The notes: generated by a model not told the origin, from the sequence alone. Counted from the first letter of the stretch, positions 26,049 through 36,199 are shown. The stretch is 64,000 nt of DNA from an uncultured Anaerolineaceae bacterium (GCA_964572455.1 CAZNFL010000004.1:3970-67969), one strand, 5' to 3'. Program-made: numbers and translations.

Positions 26049-26107
26049 CAATACTCCTAGTTGGTCATTGTAGATGAGCGGCTGTAAATGCGCAACTTTT
26101 GAGCCGT

Positions 26108-26163
26108 GCGATTGCTTCGCAATCGCCCGAGAACCTACTCGGCGTTGCCGAGTAACGATTCTC
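26108..26163 (+). ncRNA. candidate structured RNA motif, copy 1 (hairpin + nested hairpin)
   Basis: GCGATTGC-ttc-GCAATCGC, then GAGAA-cc-TACTCGGC-gtt-GCCGAGTA-acga-TTCTC. About 140 nt upstream of ATG 26304. Strand is inferred from the position of copy 2. Confidence 0.4.
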
Positions 26164-26303
26164 CAACGGATGTTCGTGCTGAAGCACAACCTCCATTCTC
26201 CAATAAGAGCTGACGAAAAAGTAGGGCGTGGGTTATTCGTCTTTCCGAAGGCCGCCTGGGATAAAATCAAGCCGGTCTGCTCTCCTGAGCAGCAAAAGTC
26301 CAG

Positions 26304-28439
26304 ATGCCCGAACCCAGTGTCCTAGACTACCTTAAGGCCTTGCTTTCGTTTGGGCGCAGGCGACTTCCTTCTGTCCCGACGTTGCCGAAAACGGCGACGA
26401 AGGCTGCGCGGCCTGCGCAGCCGCGGGCCGCGGCGAGGTCGGCGGCTCGCAAGCCTCGTTCGCTGGTCTCCCTTCCCTGGCGCAGCGGCCTGGCGCTCTT
26501 GCTCTTCTTCAGCGCGCAATTATTTTGGCTGCCGCCGCATTCCTCCTGGCAGATTGGGGTCCTCGCCATGCTGGCGGGGGTGGTTTTAGCAGTCTTTGCG
26601 GCGCGGCATGGGGAATGGCGGCTGCCTCAGATCGAACCCATAAAGATAGACAGGAAGAATCTACACTTTAGGCGTTTGCCGCTGGGGCTCGGGCTACTGT
26701 GTTTTGCGCTAACCCTCCTTTTTTCCGGTGACAATCGTTTTACCGGATTGAATATCTTTTTCTGGGTGCTCAGCCTTGGTTTCGTCCTGGCTGCCTTTTG
26801 GCAGTTCGATCAGAGCCCACGGGCGACCTGGAAAAAGTTCAGAACCGGTGTACAGCGGCGCGACTGGCTTTTACACGTCTCGCGCTGGACCCTGGTGTTG
26901 CTGGCCGTCTTCGCCATCATCGCCTTCTTCCGCTTCTCGCAACTGGAAACCCTACCGGCGGAGATGAACAGCGATCATGCCGAGAAGTTGCTGGATATGA
27001 GCGATATCTTCGCGGGCCAGACTTCCATCTTCTTCGAGCGCAACACGGGCCGCGAACCCCTCCAGTTCTATGTGACCGCGGCCGTGGCGGGAATTTTGGA
27101 TACTGGCATTTCCTTTTTAAGCTTGAAGATCGGTACTGTCCTTCTGGCTTTCATGTCCCTCATTTATATGTACTTGCTGGGCAGGGAATTTGGCGGGCGC
27201 TGGGTGGGCTTGTTTGCGTTGCTCTTGGTCGGCATGGCCTTTTGGCCCAATCTGTTGGCGCGCACCGGACTGCGCTTCTCGTTGTATACCACCTTTGCTG
27301 CGCCGACGTTGTATTATCTGCTGCGCGGCCTGCGGCGCAGCCACCTGAATGACTTCCTGTTGTGCGGCGTATTCATGGGCATCGGGCTCAACGGCTACTC
27401 GGCTTTTCGCATCGTGCCGATAGTGGCCGGCGTGGCGCTGTTGCTATCCTTGTGGCATACGCCCAGCCCAGAACTTCGCCGGCGCGGGCTGATCGGCTTT
27501 GCCCTGCTGGCGCTGGTGGCTTTGGTCGTCTGTGCTCCCTTGCTGCGCTACGCTGTCGAGCACCCCAGCGCGTTCAGCGAGCGCATGTTTACGCGCATAT
27601 TTGAAACCGAGCGGCCTTACCCTGCGCCCGTGTTGATCACCCTCGCCAGCAATGTTGGAAGCGGCCTGGCGATGTTTAACTTCTCCGGCGGCCGGATCTG
27701 GCTGGTGGGGATAGAAGATGCCCCGGCCTTTGACCTGATCTCAGCCGGGTTGCTGCTGCTGGGCGCCGTGCTGGCTATCCTGCGGTATGCACGCAACCGT
27801 TCCTGGCTCGATCTTTTCCTGCTGCTCTCGATCCCGCTGCTCATGCTGCCATCCACGCTCTCGTTAGCGTTCCCTGAAGAGAACCCGGCGATGAACCGGG
27901 CCAGCGGCGCTTGGATCCCGGCTTTCATCCTGTGCGCACTGGGGCTGGATGCTTTCCTGCACGGCTTGCGCGATAGGCTGGGTGATAAACTCGGTTTGCA
28001 CGTCGCGCAGGTGAGCGGCGCTCTGATCTTCTTGTTTGCCGCACTGCTCAACTACAACTTGTTCTTCCATAGTTATGTTAATCAATACGATAACTCTTCC
28101 TGGAACACATCCGAACTCGGGAAAGTCATCGCCGATTATGCCGGCAGCTTCGGCAGCTACGACAGCGCCTGGGTGGTGGCCTATGCCCATTGGGTGGATA
28201 CGCGCCTGGTCGGTATGAATGCCGGCAACACCACCCGCGATTACGGCATCTGGCCGGACCAGTTGAGCACGACATTGGCCATACCCGCGCCTAAGCTGTT
28301 CCTGGTGAAGATCGATGATCAACTCGGACTGGAAACATTAAAGCAGCTGTATCCGGAAGGGTTGATCAGCAACAAGCCCAGCCGCCTGCCGGGCAAAGAA
28401 TTCATCACCTTTTTTGTGCCTGAACAGCCCAACCCCTAA
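26304..28439 (+). CDS. polytopic GT-C-like (PMT/ArnT-type) membrane protein
   Basis: 711 aa. Basic Ala/Pro/Arg-rich N-tail followed by more than 10 hydrophobic helices. Acidic loop motif LPAEMNSDHAEKLLDMSD. C-terminal soluble domain. Confidence 0.55.
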   Translation: MPEPSVLDYLKALLSFGRRRLPSVPTLPKTATKAARPAQPRAAARSAARKPRSLVSLPWRSGLALLLFFSAQLFWLPPHSSWQIGVLAMLAGVVLAVFAARHGEWRLPQIEPIKIDRKNLHFRRLPLGLGLLCFALTLLFSGDNRFTGLNIFFWVLSLGFVLAAFWQFDQSPRATWKKFRTGVQRRDWLLHVSRWTLVLLAVFAIIAFFRFSQLETLPAEMNSDHAEKLLDMSDIFAGQTSIFFERNTGREPLQFYVTAAVAGILDTGISFLSLKIGTVLLAFMSLIYMYLLGREFGGRWVGLFALLLVGMAFWPNLLARTGLRFSLYTTFAAPTLYYLLRGLRRSHLNDFLLCGVFMGIGLNGYSAFRIVPIVAGVALLLSLWHTPSPELRRRGLIGFALLALVALVVCAPLLRYAVEHPSAFSERMFTRIFETERPYPAPVLITLASNVGSGLAMFNFSGGRIWLVGIEDAPAFDLISAGLLLLGAVLAILRYARNRSWLDLFLLLSIPLLMLPSTLSLAFPEENPAMNRASGAWIPAFILCALGLDAFLHGLRDRLGDKLGLHVAQVSGALIFLFAALLNYNLFFHSYVNQYDNSSWNTSELGKVIADYAGSFGSYDSAWVVAYAHWVDTRLVGMNAGNTTRDYGIWPDQLSTTLAIPAPKLFLVKIDDQLGLETLKQLYPEGLISNKPSRLPGKEFITFFVPEQPNP

Positions 28440-28441
28440 TC

Positions 28442-31400
28442 ATGCCAAAGACTCAACGTACTTCAACCCATTCGTGGATCAATAACGTTCTGTTTGTGCT
28501 GGTCCTGCTGGCGGCTGCCTACCTGCGCCTGGTGGGAATTGATTGGGACGAGGACCAGCATCTGCATCCCGACGAACGCTTCCTCACCGGCGTAGTGGCC
28601 AGCCTGGAGTCAGTGGACGGGTTGGGCGAATATTTCGACACGGCCAACTCCACCCTCAATCCTAACAACCGCGGCGCCGGGTTCTTCGTCTATGGAACCT
28701 TGCCGGTCTTCATGGTGCGCTACGTGGCCGAAGCGGTCGGCAGCACCGGTTACGACCAGATCCATTTGGTTGGACGAGCCCTCTCTGCCCTGGCCGACCT
28801 GGGCGTGGTGGCTCTGGTGTATTTCATTGGCTCGCGCCTGGTGGATAAGCGCGTCGGTTTGCTTGCCGCAGTTTTCTCGGCCTTCGCCGTGATGCAGATC
28901 CAGGAGTCCCATTTTTGGACTGTGGACAATTTCGTCAACTTCTTCACCTTGCTGGCCTTATTTTTCGCCATCCGCATAGCTAGCTATGGTTCGCGGCCTA
29001 AAGAAAAGGGCGCATTCACCCCTTGGGATCTTGTGGGCTTCGGCCTCGCGCTCGGGTTTGCGTTGGCCTCCAAGGTCAGCGTAGCCCCGCTGGCGCTAAC
29101 CTTGCCGGCCGCGGTGATCGTGCGCCTGCTGGCCTTGCCACGTGAGCAACGCGCCGCCCACATTTCTTCTTCGTTTTGGTGGATGTTGCTTGCCGCCGGC
29201 CTGAGCGCACTAACCTTTCGTGTCTTTCAGCCTTACGCTTTTCAAGGAGTGGGGCTGGGAGGCTGGCTGAGCAACATCGGGGCGTCCTGGCAAGCCTCTG
29301 AAGGCCTCGTCATATTCGACCGGCTCAAGCAGTTAATCATCGCAATCCTGGGCTTGAACCCGCATTGGGTGGACACCATGTCTTCCCTCGCTGCCCAGGT
29401 GAGCGGGGACGCCGACTGGCCGCCTTCCATGCAATGGGCGCGGCGGCCACTGTGGTTCGGGCTGCAAAATATCGTCCAATGGGGCTTGGGATGGCCGCTG
29501 GCGCTGGTCTGCCTGGCCGGCTTGGCTTGGGCTGGCTGGCGCATTTACAAAGGCGAATGGCGCAATCCCGCGGTTATTTTGTGGGGGTGGGGCGCCTTCT
29601 ATTTCCTGTGGCAGTCCTCTGCCTTTAACCCTACCATGCGTTATTTCCTGCCCTTCTATCCTGTGCTGGTTATTTTCGGCGCGTGGGCGGTCATCAGTTT
29701 ATGGGATGCCGGCGCAGCGCGCCCCAAACCGCGCGGTAAGAAGGGATTTCAGTGGCCGGCCTGGGCCCGCCCGGCGGCCGGAGTGCTGGGCGCGGTTACA
29801 GTCCTCGGCGCAGGGCTGTGGGCCTGGGCTTTCGTGCAGATCTACCAACAGGATGTTTCCCGCTTGGAAGCAACGCGCTGGATCTACCAGAATTTGCCTG
29901 GTCCGATCACGATGACTTTTGAAAAAGATGGTGGGGAGGTCAACCAGCCCTTGCCTTTATCCTATGGTCAGGTGATTAGCCCGGAAACGCCGCTCTTTAT
30001 AACTTACTTTCCAAAGGAAGAGGGGCAGCTCACCCAGATCACGCTTAAGCACGTGCTGGCCCCGGTCCAGTTGGAAATCCGCAACTGGGCTGCGGGCGAA
30101 ACGGTCTTGACTCATTTGAACCAGATCGTCGACCTGGAAAACATGCAGCTAGGGCAGGTGAACGAGATTGCCTTCGAAATCCCTACTGACCTGCTCATCG
30201 ATCCGACTGCCCAATACCAATTGCTGCTGCAGTTGCCGGCTGGTCGCGGCCAGCTGCAGGTAAACGGCGTGGAATTGCGTAACTCCCAGATTCCCGGCGT
30301 GCCCGGCAATCCACTGCTCCTCGAACCAGCGCCTGTGCGCATGGGAGAGACTTTGTCTCTGGCGTTTACCAATACCTTGAGCGTGGTCGCTGACCGGCTG
30401 TTCATCCGGTTAACCCCAAGCGAAGCGCTTTCGGTCGATTCCATCAACGCCCGGTTCACCCTCAGCAACGCCGAGAGCGGCCTGCTTGTGGAGCAAGGTT
30501 TGAAGTTGGATGTTTCCACTGACAGAGGCGCGCTGGGTAGCGAGCAGGTGATCGCGCTGCCCGCGCCGATCGCTTTGCAACCCGACCGACCATTAACACT
30601 GCAGCTTTCCGTCGCATCAGGCGCGCTGACTCTGCTGGGCACGACGATGGCGAATGAGACCAGCTGGGATGACGGCCTGCCGCGGCGCATGGATGGCTAT
30701 GATGGATTTGGTGGCATCTATCAGGGCGATCTGAATTTTGAGATGTACTGGGACTCCGACGCGGCCAAGTTGGCGCGCTTCCTGGATATTCTCGACCGCG
30801 CCGAATACATTTTCATCAGCTCCAATCGCCAGTGGGGCAGCCTGCCGCGCCTGCCGGAACGCTTCCCACTGGTGACCGCTTATTACCGCTCCCTCATCGG
30901 CTGCCCCGAAGGCGAATCCATCGAATCCTGTTTTATCAATGCCCAGGTCGATAATACTCACAGCGATTACGGCTTTGAGCTGATCCAGGTTTTCGAGAAC
31001 GCACCTCAGCTTGGCCCGTGGACGATAAATGACCAGGGCGCCGAAGAAGCTTTCACCGTCTACGACAATCCCAAGGTATTCATCTTCCGCAAGACGGCAG
31101 ATTTCGACGCTGAGAAGTGGGCGGCAACCCTCTCTCAAGTTGATTTAACCAAAGTGATCCACCTCACTCCCAAACAGGCCGCAGGCGGAATGCTGCCGAA
31201 CTTGCAGCTGCCCGCGGAACGGTTGGAAGCCCAGCGCGCCGGCGGCACCTGGTCGGAGTTGTTCGATACTGAATCCTGGATCAATATCTCCCCTTGGGTC
31301 AGCGCCCTAGTCTGGTATTTGGCCCTAGCTGCGCTGGGCTTGGCGGTTTATCCCCTGGTGCGCTGGGCTCTGCCCGGCCTCAAGGATGGCGGCTATCCCT

Positions 31401-33715
31401 TTGCGCGTCTGGTGGGCTTGCTATTGCTCTCCTATCTGGCCTGGATGGGAGGCTCGCTGGGGCTGGCCTTCAGCCGCGGCTGGCTGGCAGCCTTTGCGCT
31501 GCTGTTGCTGCTGGCTGGCGGCGCGGCAGCCTGGTTCCATCGCGACGAGCTGCAGCGCGAATGGAAAACCAAACGTGCGATCTTCCTGCGCACTGAGGTG
31601 CTTTTCCTAGCTTTCTTCCTATTGATGTTGGTAATCCGCATCGCCAATCCCGACCTGTGGCATCCGGCATTCGGCGGCGAGAAGCCCATGGACTTTTCCT
31701 ATTTCAATGCGGTGCTCAAGAGCACCAGCTTCCCGCCTTATGACCCTTGGTTTGCCGGCGGATATATCAACTATTACTACTACGGCTTTGTGTTGGTCGG
31801 CTCGCTGGTCAAGCTGTTGGGCATCGTACCGGCGGTGGCCTACAACCTAATCCTGCCATCCCTATTCGCCATGCTGGCGCTCGGCGCCCACAGCGTTGCC
31901 TGGAATCTTTGGACAGCTTGGAAAGCGCGCGAAGGAAAGGCTACGCGCATCTCGCCGGAGATAGTCGGCCTGACCGCAGCCGTTGCCGTGCTGATCCTGG
32001 GCAACCTGGGCAGCATCGATCTGCTCCTTGTCTCCTACGCCAAGATGGGCGCAGAGGGCGCCTACAGTCCCGACAGCGGCTTTCTCACCCAATGGGGGTG
32101 GATTCTGCGGGGCTTTATTATGTCGCTTAGTGGCCAACCCTTCCAGATCGGCCGCGGCGATTGGTATTGGAATCCCACCCGCATAATTCCAGCCCCGGGC
32201 GAAACCGGGCCGATCTCGGAATTTCCCATATTCACATTCACCTATGCAGACCTGCATGCCCACATGATCGCCCTGCCGGTGACTGTGTTGGGACTGGCCT
32301 GGTCGCTGTCGGCCATCCTCAGCCGGGCCTGGTCCGGCCTTAAAAATAAAGGCCAGGTGGCTGCCTCGTTAATTTTAGGCGCCATCATCTTGGGCAGCCT
32401 GCGACCGATTAATACCTGGGACCTGCCCACTTATTTGCTGCTGGCTATGTTGGCGGTGGGCTACGCCTTATGGCGCTATGGCCCGAAGGTCAAGGGGGGG
32501 CGTGGGAAGCCGCGCCCGACCTGGCAGCTGGCGCTGCGCGGAATGGCTGCGCTGGGTATCTTAAGTGTGCTTGCCTATCAACCTTTTGCTAGTTGGTACC
32601 GGCAGGGTTATTCCAGCATTGAACTTTGGACCGGCACGCATACTCCAACCAGTCCTTACCTGATGCACTGGGGCATTTTCCTGTTCTTCATTATTGCTTG
32701 GCTGGTTTGGGAAACGCGCCAATGGATGGCCGTCACTCCGCTGTCCTCCATTCGAAGGCTGGAGAAATATAGTTATCTGCTCATCGCTGCTGGGACTTTT
32801 TTCTTCTTCGCCTGGTTTTTGCTGTTTGGCCTGGGTGTTCACGTTGCTTGGTTTCTCTTTCCCCTTCTGCTTTGGGTCGGTCTGCTCTTCCTTCGCCCCG
32901 GGGTGGATGAAGCCAAGCGACTGGTCCTATTCCTGATCGGCACGGGTCTCTTCCTTACTTTGATGGTCGAGGTGATCCGCCTGCAGGGCGATATCTCCCG
33001 CATGAACACCGTATTCAAGTTCTACTTGCAAGCCTGGGTGCTGCTGGGCATCGCAGCGGCCTTTGCCCTAGCCTGGACTCTGGACGGATTGCGCCATTGG
33101 CTGCCAGCCTGGCGCGGGGCATGGTCAACGGTCGCGGTGTTCCTACTAGGCTTTGGCGCGCTCTTCATACTGCAGGGCGTCACCGCCAAGGCCGGCGATC
33201 GCATGGTGGCCGAAGCGCCGCACACGCTGGACGGCATGGCTTATATGCAATATGCGGTTTATTTCGATCGGGACCGGGCGCTGAACCTAAGCCAGGATTA
33301 CGCCTCCATCCGCTGGATGCAAGAGACCGTTCAGGGTTCGCCGGTGATCGTTGAGGCGAACACCGGCGAATATCGTTGGGGTTCGCGCTTCACTATTTAC
33401 ACGGGCTTGCCCTCTGTCGTGGGCTGGAACTGGCACCAGCGCCAGCAGCGCGAGTTCGTGCCGGGCAATGATGTTCAAGGGCGGGTGAACGAGATTGAGG
33501 CTTTCTATCTTTCCTTCGACCTAAACTTGGTGCGCGACTTTTTGCAAAAATACCAGGTGAAATACATTATCGTGGGCCAACTGGAACGCGCCTATTACCC
33601 GGGCGCGGAGTTGGATAAGTTCGAGGCGCAAGACGGTGTGCTGTGGCAAGAGGTGTACCGCCTCAACGACACTGTGATCTACGAAGTGCTTGACACCACC
33701 TTAGCCGGGGATTGA
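28442..33715 (+). CDS. giant membrane protein: GT-C-like N-module + large non-hydrophobic central domain + Chlor_Arch_YYY (DUF2298) module
   Basis: 1757 aa. N-module loop motif DWDEDQHLHPDERF. About 450-aa hydrophilic region. C-module GEKPMDFSYFNAVLKS...PPYDPWFAGGYINYYYYGF. Confidence 0.75.
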   Translation: MPKTQRTSTHSWINNVLFVLVLLAAAYLRLVGIDWDEDQHLHPDERFLTGVVASLESVDGLGEYFDTANSTLNPNNRGAGFFVYGTLPVFMVRYVAEAVGSTGYDQIHLVGRALSALADLGVVALVYFIGSRLVDKRVGLLAAVFSAFAVMQIQESHFWTVDNFVNFFTLLALFFAIRIASYGSRPKEKGAFTPWDLVGFGLALGFALASKVSVAPLALTLPAAVIVRLLALPREQRAAHISSSFWWMLLAAGLSALTFRVFQPYAFQGVGLGGWLSNIGASWQASEGLVIFDRLKQLIIAILGLNPHWVDTMSSLAAQVSGDADWPPSMQWARRPLWFGLQNIVQWGLGWPLALVCLAGLAWAGWRIYKGEWRNPAVILWGWGAFYFLWQSSAFNPTMRYFLPFYPVLVIFGAWAVISLWDAGAARPKPRGKKGFQWPAWARPAAGVLGAVTVLGAGLWAWAFVQIYQQDVSRLEATRWIYQNLPGPITMTFEKDGGEVNQPLPLSYGQVISPETPLFITYFPKEEGQLTQITLKHVLAPVQLEIRNWAAGETVLTHLNQIVDLENMQLGQVNEIAFEIPTDLLIDPTAQYQLLLQLPAGRGQLQVNGVELRNSQIPGVPGNPLLLEPAPVRMGETLSLAFTNTLSVVADRLFIRLTPSEALSVDSINARFTLSNAESGLLVEQGLKLDVSTDRGALGSEQVIALPAPIALQPDRPLTLQLSVASGALTLLGTTMANETSWDDGLPRRMDGYDGFGGIYQGDLNFEMYWDSDAAKLARFLDILDRAEYIFISSNRQWGSLPRLPERFPLVTAYYRSLIGCPEGESIESCFINAQVDNTHSDYGFELIQVFENAPQLGPWTINDQGAEEAFTVYDNPKVFIFRKTADFDAEKWAATLSQVDLTKVIHLTPKQAAGGMLPNLQLPAERLEAQRAGGTWSELFDTESWINISPWVSALVWYLALAALGLAVYPLVRWALPGLKDGGYPFARLVGLLLLSYLAWMGGSLGLAFSRGWLAAFALLLLLAGGAAAWFHRDELQREWKTKRAIFLRTEVLFLAFFLLMLVIRIANPDLWHPAFGGEKPMDFSYFNAVLKSTSFPPYDPWFAGGYINYYYYGFVLVGSLVKLLGIVPAVAYNLILPSLFAMLALGAHSVAWNLWTAWKAREGKATRISPEIVGLTAAVAVLILGNLGSIDLLLVSYAKMGAEGAYSPDSGFLTQWGWILRGFIMSLSGQPFQIGRGDWYWNPTRIIPAPGETGPISEFPIFTFTYADLHAHMIALPVTVLGLAWSLSAILSRAWSGLKNKGQVAASLILGAIILGSLRPINTWDLPTYLLLAMLAVGYALWRYGPKVKGGRGKPRPTWQLALRGMAALGILSVLAYQPFASWYRQGYSSIELWTGTHTPTSPYLMHWGIFLFFIIAWLVWETRQWMAVTPLSSIRRLEKYSYLLIAAGTFFFFAWFLLFGLGVHVAWFLFPLLLWVGLLFLRPGVDEAKRLVLFLIGTGLFLTLMVEVIRLQGDISRMNTVFKFYLQAWVLLGIAAAFALAWTLDGLRHWLPAWRGAWSTVAVFLLGFGALFILQGVTAKAGDRMVAEAPHTLDGMAYMQYAVYFDRDRALNLSQDYASIRWMQETVQGSPVIVEANTGEYRWGSRFTIYTGLPSVVGWNWHQRQQREFVPGNDVQGRVNEIEAFYLSFDLNLVRDFLQKYQVKYIIVGQLERAYYPGAELDKFEAQDGVLWQEVYRLNDTVIYEVLDTTLAGD

Positions 33716-36144
33716 TGGACCAACTGCTGGCCACGGTCCTCTGGTATCTGCTGGTGGCCAGCTTCGGCTGGCTCAGCTTTCCGATCGCCTATCGCTTCCT
33801 AAAGGCTCTTCCGGACCGCGGCTACGCATTTGCGCGTGCGCTGGGCCTGCTGCTGTGGGGCTTCATCTTCTGGACGCTCAGCAGCTATGGGCTGCTGCAA
33901 AATAATCCGGGCGGCCTGATCACCGCCGCCGTGCTGCTGGCTGCGCTCAGTTGGTGGGCCTGGCGCCAGCTGCCTCCCGGTGAGCTGCGCGCCTGGCTGC
34001 GTGCTCATCGCTCCCTGGTGGTCGCCATGGAACAGGTCGTTTTGGTGGCCTTTGTCTTCATGGCCTTCGTGCGCTTCTCTCGCCCCGAGATCTTTCACAC
34101 CGAGCAGCCCATGGAGTTGGCTTTCATCAACGCCATCCTGCGCTCGCCTTCCATGCCGCCGCACGACCCTTGGCTGGCTGGCTTTTCCATCTCTTATTAT
34201 TACTTCGGCTATTTGCTGGTGGCCATGCTGGCCAAGTTGGTAGGGGTCACTGGCTCGATCGCCTTCAATCTGGGCTTCATCACCATCTTTGCTTCTGCAG
34301 CCTTGGGCGCGTACGGGTTTGCCTATAACCTGCTTTCACTTTACAAACCCAAAGCCCAACGCGCCCTGTTGCGGCTGGCCTGCCTGGCTCCGCTATTTGT
34401 CTTGGTGCTGGGCAATGGGGAGGGCCTGCTGGAGTTGGCCCACGCTCGGCATGCGTTTTGGAGCGCGGATCCTGCCGGCGCGCAGACCTCGGGTTTCTGG
34501 ACCTGGTTGGACGTCGAGGACCTGACTAATCCGCCAAGCGCCGAACCCAGATGGACGCCGCGCAACTACGGCACCGGTTTTTGGTGGTGGTGGCGGGCTT
34601 CGCGGGTCATCAATGATCAGACCTTCAGCGGCGGTGACCAGGAATTGATCGACGAGATCCCCGCCTTTTCGTTCACCCTGGGGGACCTTCATCCCCACGT
34701 GTTATCCATGCCCTTCATTATGTTGGCGGTGGGCCTGGCTCTGAATGTCTATCTTGGAGGCGCCGAGCGCAAAGAGCCGCTGCGATTCTTCAAGCTCAGG
34801 ATCGAGCCGGAGTTTTTACTGTTTGCGACTATTGTCCTTGGCGCCCTGGCCTTCCTGAACATTTGGGACTTTCCTATCTATGTGGGCTTGTTCGCACTGG
34901 CCTATGTTTTGCGCAACGCTCAGCAGGCGGGCTGGTCTTGGGAACGCGGCTTTGAGTTGGTTCGCCTGGCGCTTCTTCTATTAATTGGCGGTGTGCTGCT
35001 CTACCTGCCTTTCTATGTGGGATTCACCTCTCAGGCGGGAGGCATTCTGCCAAATTTGCTCAACCCCTCGCGCGGCGTTCACCTGTGGATCATGTTCGCC
35101 ACCTTGTGGATACCGCTCTTTGCCTATTTGCTTTTCTTGTGGCGCCGCGAGGCGACCTGGTCTCGCCTCCTGACCAATATTCTCTTTGGGCTGGGTTTCG
35201 TGGCCGGACTGTGGCTGGTTTCGCTGCTGATCTCCTGGGTGTATGCCACGTTGTTTGCGGGCGGCGCGCTGGGGCAGGCCCTGTCTAGCTTGGGGGCGGC
35301 TGATCTTGGCAACCTGCTCGCGGTCTCCGTCAGCCGCCGGCTGGCGGCCGCCGGCGGCTGGCTGACCTTGAGCATCCTCTTGGGAGTCGCCTTCGGCCTA
35401 TTAGTCAAACCTGCCGCAAAAAAGGAAGCAGGCACTGCACCGTTTGCAGCGCGTACCTTCGTGATCCTGCTCGTGTTTTTGGGCGCCCTGCTGGTCACTG
35501 CGCCGGAATTCGTCTATCTGCGCGACCAGTTTGGCACGCGCATGAACACAGTCTTCAAGTTTTACTTTCAGGCCTGGCAGCTTTGGGCTGTCGCTGCGGC
35601 TGTGGCTTCGGTGATGTTGTTGCAAGAATTGCGCAGTTGGGGCCGCGTCCTGTTTGCCGTGCTGCTGAGCTTGATGTTGGCCACGGGTCTCATTTATCCA
35701 TTCTTCTCCTTTTCGGATATCACCGGCAATCCTGTGGGCAGCCTGGACGGCGCCAGCTACCTCTCGCCCGAAGTGGTCCAGGGCATCCAGTGGCTGCAGC
35801 AAGCGCCGCTCGGCACGCTGGTGGAAGCCGTCGGTGGCAGCTATGACGCCAACTTTGCGCGCTACTCTACCCACAGCGGGCAGCCCGGCTTGATGGGCTG
35901 GCCCGGTCACGAAGGCCAGTGGCGCGCCGGCAACGTGGATTGGGCGCGCATCGATGATATTCAAGTGCTTTTTTCGGCAGCCGATTGGCAGACCGCGCAG
36001 GTCATCCTGGATAAATACGACGTCAGGTACCTGGTCGTGGGCGAGTGGGAGAGAAACAGTTACCTGGTTTCTGAGAGCCTGTTTGCCGAAAACTTGATCG
36101 TTGCCTTTCAAAATCCCAGCGTGACCATTTACCAAGTCCCGTAG
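33715..36144 (+). CDS. Chlor_Arch_YYY (DUF2298) family membrane protein
   Basis: About 809 aa. EQPMELAFINAILRS...PPHDPWLAGFSISYYYFGY. ATG 33715 (or TTG 33712) overlaps the upstream TGA at 33713-33715. Confidence 0.75.
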   Translation: MDQLLATVLWYLLVASFGWLSFPIAYRFLKALPDRGYAFARALGLLLWGFIFWTLSSYGLLQNNPGGLITAAVLLAALSWWAWRQLPPGELRAWLRAHRSLVVAMEQVVLVAFVFMAFVRFSRPEIFHTEQPMELAFINAILRSPSMPPHDPWLAGFSISYYYFGYLLVAMLAKLVGVTGSIAFNLGFITIFASAALGAYGFAYNLLSLYKPKAQRALLRLACLAPLFVLVLGNGEGLLELAHARHAFWSADPAGAQTSGFWTWLDVEDLTNPPSAEPRWTPRNYGTGFWWWWRASRVINDQTFSGGDQELIDEIPAFSFTLGDLHPHVLSMPFIMLAVGLALNVYLGGAERKEPLRFFKLRIEPEFLLFATIVLGALAFLNIWDFPIYVGLFALAYVLRNAQQAGWSWERGFELVRLALLLLIGGVLLYLPFYVGFTSQAGGILPNLLNPSRGVHLWIMFATLWIPLFAYLLFLWRREATWSRLLTNILFGLGFVAGLWLVSLLISWVYATLFAGGALGQALSSLGAADLGNLLAVSVSRRLAAAGGWLTLSILLGVAFGLLVKPAAKKEAGTAPFAARTFVILLVFLGALLVTAPEFVYLRDQFGTRMNTVFKFYFQAWQLWAVAAAVASVMLLQELRSWGRVLFAVLLSLMLATGLIYPFFSFSDITGNPVGSLDGASYLSPEVVQGIQWLQQAPLGTLVEAVGGSYDANFARYSTHSGQPGLMGWPGHEGQWRAGNVDWARIDDIQVLFSAADWQTAQVILDKYDVRYLVVGEWERNSYLVSESLFAENLIVAFQNPSVTIYQVP

Positions 36145-36199
36145 CGTTGCTTTGCAACGCTGGGAGAAATCTACTCGCCGAAGGCGAGTAACGATTCTC
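36143..36199 (+). ncRNA. candidate structured RNA motif, copy 2
   Basis: AGCGTTGC-ttt-GCAACGCT, then GAGAA-atc-TACTCGCC-gaa-GGCGAGTA-acga-TTCTC. Begins within the stop codon of the upstream gene. Compensatory changes relative to copy 1. Confidence 0.4.
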
